A stretch of 36,137 nucleotides of DNA, taken from Myxococcota bacterium. GTDB lineage: Bacteria; Myxococcota_A; UBA796; CAJQPC01. This document shows, piece after piece, positions 30,209 to 36,137 of the stretch. The position numbers were made by a program, and so were the translations under genes. Positions within the stretch are counted from its first letter, which is position 1. Every line of letters starts with the position of its first letter. The stretch is taken from assembly GCA_036012755.1 (NCBI GenBank), contig DASCPX010000074.1:1-36137 (forward strand), written 5' to 3'. The notes below the pieces were generated by a model. It was not told where the DNA came from and searched no databases. It saw only the letters and a program-made list of their open reading frames with translations.

Positions 30209-31744
30209 CTACGCGTCGGGGCTGCGAAGCGCGACGACTGTGGTTCCGGTCACGATGAAGTCCCCCAGCTTGACCGGCGCGACCGGGTCGACCCGGCGCA
30301 GCGGGTGGGTGTCCGAGTAGATGTAGGTCGGGCAGCGGTCGTGCAGGGCGCGCAGGGTGCAGGTGCCCTGGGGCCCCACCTCGATGGCTGCGTGGCGACG
30401 ACCGGCGAGCGCTCGGTCGAGGGTGAAGCCGCCTTCCCGTGCCCGGGCGGCTCGCGGGCCACTGCACCACCGGATGTTCTCCTGACCGCGGCGGTCGGGC
30501 AGCGCCATGCCGGGGTGGTTGGGCTCGCGTCCCAGCTCCGTGCTCTGGCCGAGGCCCACGCCCATTCGCAGCGGCGTGTCGGCGACGAAGAGGCCCGCGT
30601 AGGGACCGTTTCCGAGCTCGTGGAAGATCACGCCCCCGCTTGGCGTGTTCACGACCATGCCGTGGTTCAGGCGGGTCAGGGTGCCGTTGGGGATGGCGCG
30701 GCCGTCGACGCTGATGCCCGAGGTCAGCGGGGTCAGCTTGACCCCGTCGCTGCTGATGTCCGCGCGCAGGACGGACTGGTCGGAGCGGTTGACCCAGCGC
30801 CCGTCCGGGAGGAGGTCGTAGGTGTAGCCGGCGACGACCTCGGCCATTGGGACCGCCGGCAATGCGAGACCGGACATCACGAGGTCGACCTCGGACCGGG
30901 CCCCCAGGTCCAGGATGATCGTGTTGCTGCCCGAGGGCATGCTCTCTACGGCGTGGACCTCTGCGATGGTGCGCTCGAGGGCCTCTGGGGTGCCGACGAT
31001 GAGGCCGTGTCCGGACTGCTGCCAGTCGAAGCGATCCTGCGGAGCGATGTGGTAGCTCGACAGCCACAGGCGGGCGGGGTCGAGCACTGGCAGGGAGTCG
31101 ACGACGTGTCGGAGCTCCGGCGAGCCGGGTCGAAAGCCCTCGAACACGAGGATGGGATCCGGCGGCAGCGGGGGGAGTGGCTCGCCCTTGCGGATGCGGC
31201 AGAGGGTCCGGTTCTTGACCGACTGCCTGACCTGGGCCGGTAGCCAGCAGCGCGTTCGACCGACGGCGCGGAAGCAGGCGATGTCGCCGGTGATGCCCTT
31301 GAGCTGGAACTGGCCGACCGACTCGTAGGGCAGCTCCGCCTGGTTCATGCAGACGCGCGAGGACTCGGCGAACCAGAACTCCCCGGCGGGGGTCTTCGAG
31401 TTGATCCGCGCGGCGAGGTTCACCGCGTCGCCGAAGGCGTCACCGTCGATCTCCTCGACGTCACCTGTGGCACAGCTGACCCGGATCACGAGGGTCCCGG
31501 CCTGGGCGACCTTCTCGACCACGTCGAGGCCGGCGCGCGCGGCGTCTGTCGCGGAGTCGAAGAGCGCCATGTAGGCGTCGCCCAGGGACTTCACGATCCG
31601 GCCGTCGCGGCGGGTGAGGATCGGATGGACGAACTTCTCGTGGGCCGCGAGCAGGTTGCGCAGGCCCTCCCGGTCGGCGCGGGAGACCGACGCGGTGTAG
31701 TTCGCCATGTCGGTGAAGAGCACCGTCCTCGTCGCGGTTGCCAA
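30209..31744 (-). CDS. Class III adenylate/guanylate cyclase with C-terminal FHA-like domain(s)
   Basis: TTG start 31744 (GGGAG SD, TATCCT upstream); VLFTDMANYT, KSLGDAYM, GDAFGDAVNLAAR, LKG; C-terminal ELGR...GRRHA...LGDFIVTG. The ORF-track portion 31745-33295 is the antisense of gltX. Confidence 0.88.
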   Translation of the reverse strand: MATATRTVLFTDMANYTASVSRADREGLRNLLAAHEKFVHPILTRRDGRIVKSLGDAYMALFDSATDAARAGLDVVEKVAQAGTLVIRVSCATGDVEEIDGDAFGDAVNLAARINSKTPAGEFWFAESSRVCMNQAELPYESVGQFQLKGITGDIACFRAVGRTRCWLPAQVRQSVKNRTLCRIRKGEPLPPLPPDPILVFEGFRPGSPELRHVVDSLPVLDPARLWLSSYHIAPQDRFDWQQSGHGLIVGTPEALERTIAEVHAVESMPSGSNTIILDLGARSEVDLVMSGLALPAVPMAEVVAGYTYDLLPDGRWVNRSDQSVLRADISSDGVKLTPLTSGISVDGRAIPNGTLTRLNHGMVVNTPSGGVIFHELGNGPYAGLFVADTPLRMGVGLGQSTELGREPNHPGMALPDRRGQENIRWCSGPRAARAREGGFTLDRALAGRRHAAIEVGPQGTCTLRALHDRCPTYIYSDTHPLRRVDPVAPVKLGDFIVTGTTVVALRSPDA

Positions 31745-31825
31745 AGGGGCTCCCAAAGCCGTGGAGGCGCAGGATATCACCCTGCGCACCGGCCGCCTCC
31801 TGGCCGGATCGACCAGGACGATTCG

Positions 31826-33445
31826 ATGATCCCCCGTAGCCGCTTCGCTCCCTCCCCGACGGGGCTGCTGCACGTCGGCGGCGCCCGCACCGCGCTCTTT
31901 GCGTACCTCTACGCGAGGAGCCGCTCCGGGCGCTTCGTGTTGCGAATCGAGGACACGGATCGGGCTCGCTCCACCGTCGCCTCCGAGCAGGCGATCCGGG
32001 AGGATCTGCGGTGGCTCGGGATCGTCCCGGACGAGGGTCCAGAGGCAGGCGGTCCCGGCGCGCCATACCGGCAGTCGGAGCGGCTGGCGCGCTACGACGC
32101 GGAGATCCAGCGACTGCTGGACGGAGGCCTTGCCTACCTCGCCTGGGAGACCCCCGACGAGCTCCGAGCGCTGCGCGAGGCCGCTGGCAAGGGGGGCTTC
32201 AAGTACCGGCGCCGGCCCGATGGGCCCTCCACCGATGGCCGCACGCCGGTCGTGCGCTTCGCCGTGCCTGCCGATCGCGACACCATCGGCTTCTCGGACG
32301 ACATCCTGGGTCCGATCGAGGTCGACATCGACGAGGTCGACGACTTCGTCATCAAGAAGGCGGACGGCTTCCCGACCTACCACTTCGCCGTCGTGGTGGA
32401 CGACCACCACATGCTGATCACCCAGGTGCTGCGGGCCCAGGAGCACCTCAAGAACACCCTGAAGCACCGCCTGCTCTACGAGGCCCTGGGCTGGGACGAG
32501 GGCTTCCCCGGTCACGGCCACATGCCGATCATCTTCTCCATGTCGGGGGGCAAGATGAGCAAGCGCGACAAGGCCAAGGCGGCCCGCGCCGCCGCGAGGG
32601 AGGCTGGCCTCGACGCCGCCGCGCTCGCTGCCCGTACCGGCCTCGACGAGGAGACCGCTCGGCGCTTCCTGAAGAAGAGGACCGACGAGGTCACCATCGC
32701 CCTTGCTGTCTCGGATGCCCTGGGCTGCGAGCTGCCGGAGATCGACGTCGAGGACTTCCGGCGTGCCGGCTACCTGCCAGAGGCCCTGGTGAACTTCCTC
32801 GCCCTGCTCGGCTGGAACCCCGGCGTGCGTGACGAGGAGGGCAAGGAGCGGGAGATCTTCTCGCTGGAGGAGATGGAGCAGCTGTTCTCGCTCGATCGTG
32901 TGGGCAAGACCGCGGCCCGCTTCGATCGCGACAAGCTGCGCTGGATGAACGGCCAGTACATCCGGGCCGCCGGCATCGATCGGCTCGTCGAGGCGCTGGA
33001 GGACTGGCTCGGACGCAACGCGGACTCGGTGCTGCACAGCGCATCGGCCGAGCGCCGGCGCGAGCTGCTCCTGCTCTTCCAGGAGCGCCTGAGCACCCTC
33101 GGCGAGCTCGAGACCTCCGCCTCCTACTTCTTCACCGCGCCGAGCCAGTGGGGGCCGGCCAAGGCGGTGAAGAAGCACCTGCTCAAGGGTGATGGGCTCC
33201 AGCGGCTGGCTCACGCGGGCGAGGTGCTGGCTGGGGCCGAGTGGACGGAGGCCGGGCTCGAGAGCGCGCTGAATGCTGCGGCACAAGAGCGCCACGAGGG
33301 TCGCCTGGGCAAGCTGGCCCAGCCGATCCGCATCGCCGTGACCGGCGGGCCCGTGTCCCCACCGATCTACGGGACGCTGGTCGGCATCGGGCGGGACGAG
33401 TCACTGGCGCGGGTTCGGGCGTGTCTGGAGCACTTCGGCGGCTGA
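31826..33445 (+). CDS. gltX: Glutamate--tRNA ligase
   Basis: RFAPSPTGLLHVGGARTAL, LRIEDTD, YRQSER, DFVIKKADGFPTYHFAVVVDD, KMSKR, GYLPEALVNFLALLGW, FDRDKLRWMNGQY, PIRIAVTG..SP. Confidence 0.97.
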   Translation: MIPRSRFAPSPTGLLHVGGARTALFAYLYARSRSGRFVLRIEDTDRARSTVASEQAIREDLRWLGIVPDEGPEAGGPGAPYRQSERLARYDAEIQRLLDGGLAYLAWETPDELRALREAAGKGGFKYRRRPDGPSTDGRTPVVRFAVPADRDTIGFSDDILGPIEVDIDEVDDFVIKKADGFPTYHFAVVVDDHHMLITQVLRAQEHLKNTLKHRLLYEALGWDEGFPGHGHMPIIFSMSGGKMSKRDKAKAARAAAREAGLDAAALAARTGLDEETARRFLKKRTDEVTIALAVSDALGCELPEIDVEDFRRAGYLPEALVNFLALLGWNPGVRDEEGKEREIFSLEEMEQLFSLDRVGKTAARFDRDKLRWMNGQYIRAAGIDRLVEALEDWLGRNADSVLHSASAERRRELLLLFQERLSTLGELETSASYFFTAPSQWGPAKAVKKHLLKGDGLQRLAHAGEVLAGAEWTEAGLESALNAAAQERHEGRLGKLAQPIRIAVTGGPVSPPIYGTLVGIGRDESLARVRACLEHFGG

Positions 33446-33451
33446 GGTGGC

Positions 33452-34330
33452 TCAGCGCCGCAGGAGGCAGTCCACTCCTGCTCTGAAGCTCCGTGGCCAC
33501 AGGCCCGTGGCCTCGGCCAGGGGCCGGGGGTCGGCGACGTCGTCCGTGTCGGCGGTGTCGAGGAGCTCGGGCTCGAAGTCGGGGGAGAACCGAGAGGCCG
33601 CGATGATGGCGGGCTTGGGGATGTGCAGGGGCCGACGGCGCTTGCCAGCGGCCCTGGCGATGACCCGCACGAGCTCGTCGAAGGTCAGGGCCTCTGCGCC
33701 CCCGGAGTCGAAGGCGGCGCCAGGCAGCCCCTTCTCCAACAGCCGCAGGATGCTGCCGTTGAAGTCGTCGACGTGGACCGGCTGGCGCCTGTACCTGCCG
33801 TCGCCGATGACGGGCACCAGCGGCGAGCGCTCCACGAGCTCGGACAGGGTGTGGAAGGACTCCTTGTGGCTGGGCTGGTGCCAGCTCAGCCGCGGGCCGT
33901 AGGGGGCGCAGGGCCGCAGGATGGCGAAGGGGACTCCAGAGTCGCGAAGGCGCAGCTCGTCGGTGACGCGGCAGCGCTTGTAGCCCGACTCCCGGGGCCA
34001 GTGGACACAGGTCGACGAGGCGTAGACACAGGGCAGCTCGAGGCCGAGGACCGCGTCCATCATCGCCCGGTTCAGGCGGCTCGCCTCGGTCTGGCGGCGG
34101 CCGTCGCCGGTGCCCTTCACCTTGCACGCGAGGTGGACGACGGCGTCGGCTCCCACCTCGCGCAGCTGCTCCACAGCGCCTGTGGCCCCGAGGTCGCAGT
34201 GGAGTGACTCGGCCCCGGGGACGCGCACCGGAGTGCGGTTGTAGACGGCGACGACCTCGTGGTCCCGCGAGGCGAGGTGACAGAACCAGGCGCCGACGAA
34301 AGAGGACCCGCCGGTGACCAGCAGCTTCAT
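33452..34330 (-). CDS. NAD-dependent epimerase/dehydratase family protein
   Basis: ATG 34330 overlapping upstream stop; MKLLVTGGSSFVG, VVHLAC, YASS, ILRPCAPYG, IGDG..RQPVHVDD. Confidence 0.85.
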   Translation of the reverse strand: MKLLVTGGSSFVGAWFCHLASRDHEVVAVYNRTPVRVPGAESLHCDLGATGAVEQLREVGADAVVHLACKVKGTGDGRRQTEASRLNRAMMDAVLGLELPCVYASSTCVHWPRESGYKRCRVTDELRLRDSGVPFAILRPCAPYGPRLSWHQPSHKESFHTLSELVERSPLVPVIGDGRYRRQPVHVDDFNGSILRLLEKGLPGAAFDSGGAEALTFDELVRVIARAAGKRRRPLHIPKPAIIAASRFSPDFEPELLDTADTDDVADPRPLAEATGLWPRSFRAGVDCLLRR

Positions 34331-34800
34331 CTCAGGGAGACCTCGTCCCCGACCCGGATCGTCCCACTCTCGACGATGGCGCAGCAGAGTCCGCCGCGCC
34401 CGACCAGCGCCGCGAGGGCGCCCGGGCCGACGGTCTGCTCCATGTTCGGGCAGGGATCGCAGGTGCGCGTTGCTCTCAGGACGACCTCTCCGACGCGGAA
34501 CTCCCGGTCGATCAGCGTGAGCAGGTTGATGCCCTCGACGAGCACGTTGCGCCGGGTGGCGGCGTGCTCGACGGGCTCGCCGAGGGTCCTGGAGGCGGCC
34601 TCGAGGTCCTCGACCGCGATCAGCGTGACGGCTCGGTTGGCAGCGCGGGCGTGGTCCTTGTCCCTGTCCCCGAGTGGCCACTGCTGCACCTGGACGACCG
34701 CCTCGCGCCTGGTCGGTCGCAGCGAGATCGCCCTGACGGCACCTCGCTGATCGGCCTTGTCGACCAGATCCTGCAGGGGCTTCTCTCCGAAGTACGCCAT
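34327..34800 (-). CDS. MOSC domain protein
   Basis: RAVTLI, TRRNVLVEG, FRVGEVVL, CDPC..ME, GRGGLCC.I..SGTIRVGD. Confidence 0.85.
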   Translation of the reverse strand: MAYFGEKPLQDLVDKADQRGAVRAISLRPTRREAVVQVQQWPLGDRDKDHARAANRAVTLIAVEDLEAASRTLGEPVEHAATRRNVLVEGINLLTLIDREFRVGEVVLRATRTCDPCPNMEQTVGPGALAALVGRGGLCCAIVESGTIRVGDEVSLR

Positions 34801-34816
34801 GGCTTCCGAATAGCAC

Positions 34817-34822
34817 TACACT
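34817..34822 (+). promoter_or_regulatory. -10 element (TACACT) 7 nt before ATG 34830; likely leaderless
   Basis: TANNNT inside a 29-bp divergent intergenic gap, no SD. Confidence 0.55.
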
Positions 34823-34829
34823 TGGCCCC

Positions 34830-35417
34830 ATGCTGCTGTTGCTCCTCGCCTGCACGAACAAGGACCCCGAGCCCGGAGACTCCGCCGTCGAGGCCGACGC
34901 CGACTCGGACACCGACTCGGACACCGACTCGGACGCGGACGCGGACGCCGACTCGGACACGGACACGGACACGGACACGGACGCCGATGCCGATGCCGAT
35001 GCCGATGCCGATGCCGACACGGACGCGGACACGGACGTCGAGTGCAAGGACGCCTCTGACGCGAACTGGACGGTGGAGGCCTGGGACTCGAGCAACGTCG
35101 CACAGACGAGCTTCAGCGAGGGCGACCGCATCCAGCTGGTCGGGATCGTCGAGAACACCTGCCCCGAGACCATCACCTTCACCACGAACGACTCCTGCCT
35201 CGTCGGCTCCTTCGATGTGAAGAGCGGAAGCGGCCGGACCTTCACCTTCGCGTCGGGCTGCCTGACAGTCATCACAGACTGGAAGCTGGGACCCGGAGAG
35301 ATCACGAGCTTCGCGGTGCCGGTGGACGAACGGCTCGCGGAGGAGACCTACGACTACACTGGCAACTTCAACTACGGCGGCATCACGGCGTCGAACAAGT
35401 TCTCTGTGACGCCCTAG
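34830..35417 (+). CDS. Lipoprotein with (A/S/T)-D dipeptide tract and C-terminal Ig-like (BsuPI-like) domain
   Basis: MLLLLLAC; 24 x-D dipeptides; C-domain F.EGD.IQL...VENTCPETITFT...VIT.WKLGPGE resembles the BsuPI fold (by eye). Confidence 0.75.
   Translation: MLLLLLACTNKDPEPGDSAVEADADSDTDSDTDSDADADADSDTDTDTDTDADADADADADADTDADTDVECKDASDANWTVEAWDSSNVAQTSFSEGDRIQLVGIVENTCPETITFTTNDSCLVGSFDVKSGSGRTFTFASGCLTVITDWKLGPGEITSFAVPVDERLAEETYDYTGNFNYGGITASNKFSVTP
34893..35036 (+). repeat. Degenerate hexamer tandem repeat encoding (A/S/T)D x24
   Basis: Runs of GCCGAT, ACGGAC, TCGGAC, GCGGAC. Confidence 0.95.
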
Positions 35418-35616
35418 TCGATGTCCGACTCCCCTGAGGCGGGGCGAGCTCGACGTCCGCTGGCTACCACAGAGCCCATCAACCAGATCCTGCCGGCGCT
35501 GGGGCGCGATCCGCGCAAGCCGTGTGGCGCCGGTTGGGCCCACGAGATCCGAGGTTGAAGGATCGTATCCAGGCGTCGACCTTGGGCTGCGTTGCCGAGC
35601 GTGATCTGGTTCGGGG

Positions 35617-36137
35617 GTGGACCCGCGCAGCCAGCTCGTAGATGACGTAGTCGAGGCCTTTCGGGCACGGCTTCTCGAGGCCATGGAGGCGATGGACGCG
35701 GCCGAGAATCCAGCGGAGTTCTGCGCGTGCGAGCGCGAGGTTCATGCGCTCGCGCTGGAGCTCGCGGCAGAGGTCACTCGGCGGGCCCTGCAGCGCCTCT
35801 CCGACGACAAGCTGCGGCGGGCCGCGGCCCTCGCCCAGGTCCGGAGCCGCGCAAGCAAGCGTGGCATCGAGCTGCGGGTGGAGCGGGTCCGCAAGACCAA
35901 GGTGCGTACGCTCAGCGGCCAGGTGGAGGTGGTGACGCCGTACGCGACGGCGAGACCACGAGGGAAGGTACCGATGAAGAGGCGGGGTTCCCAGGGCACG
36001 GGGGTGTACCCGGTGCTGGACGCGCTCGGGATCAAGGAGCGCTCCACACCGGCGCTGCGGCTGCTGGTGAGCCGCGCGGTGTGCGAGGCGAACTCGGTGA
36101 CCTCTGCGAGGGAGTTGCTGCAGATGAGCGGCGTGCA
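35617..36137 (+). mobile_element. 5' part of an IS transposase, ISKra4/ISLre2-like (Mutator-type DDE); truncated by the window end
   Basis: Open frame from GTG 35617 (or ATG 35683) to the end, not in the ORF track: EREVHALALELAAE...KVRTLSGQVEVVTPY...GVYPVLDALGIKERSTPALR...SARELL. The catalytic DDE region lies outside the window. Confidence 0.7.

Noticed and set aside
31745..33295. Apparent 517-aa N-terminal extension of the adenylate cyclase (1028-aa ORF)
   Set aside because: It is the antisense of gltX; cyclase homology begins at ~31744 where a TTG with SD and -10 box exists.
13059..34800. moaB plus MOSC protein as a molybdenum cofactor gene cluster
   Set aside because: They are ~20 kb apart with unrelated genes between; no evidence of linkage.
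34331..35305. Apparent fusion of an SA/SV-repeat region to the epimerase (617-aa ORF)
   Set aside because: Antisense of the x-D lipoprotein and alternate frame of the MOSC gene; the epimerase starts at 34330.
35482..35493. 12-bp reverse-complement match to 4999-5010 (CGGCAGGATCTG) as possible IS end pair
   Set aside because: Too short and GC-rich to exceed chance, and no flanking target duplication seen.

Overview
A GC-rich (roughly 70% by eye), gene-dense bacterial segment with about 29 CDS, no rRNA, tRNA or CRISPR array. Gene content (Asp/Cys-rich MopE-type repeat proteins, CotH kinase, FG-GAP and D-x repeat lipoproteins, class III cyclase) suggests a Myxococcota/deltaproteobacterial-type organism; this is inference. 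The left edge cuts a repeat lipoprotein and the right edge cuts an ISKra4/ISLre2-like transposase. Housekeeping-type genes are gltX, moaB, an RlmI-family methyltransferase and a pncB-like gene. Most notable: (1) MoaB fused in frame to an iota-class (COG4337-like, HHSS) carbonic anhydrase domain; (2) about 10 predicted lipoproteins with ultra-short signal peptides lacking basic residues (Cys at position 7-11), several apparently on leaderless transcripts (TANNNT 5-7 nt before the start codon); (3) a ~55-aa HTH-like insertion right after KMSKR in GluRS; (4) a PncB homologue lacking the phospho-accepting His and sharing its start CATG with a divergent gene; (5) a deletion-scar or chimeric junction at ~4160-4300 joining a 5'-truncated flavin oxidoreductase to response-regulator and histidine-kinase fragments; (6) an adenylate cyclase with atypical FHA-like domains. 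All family calls come from motif recognition by eye; no searches were run.
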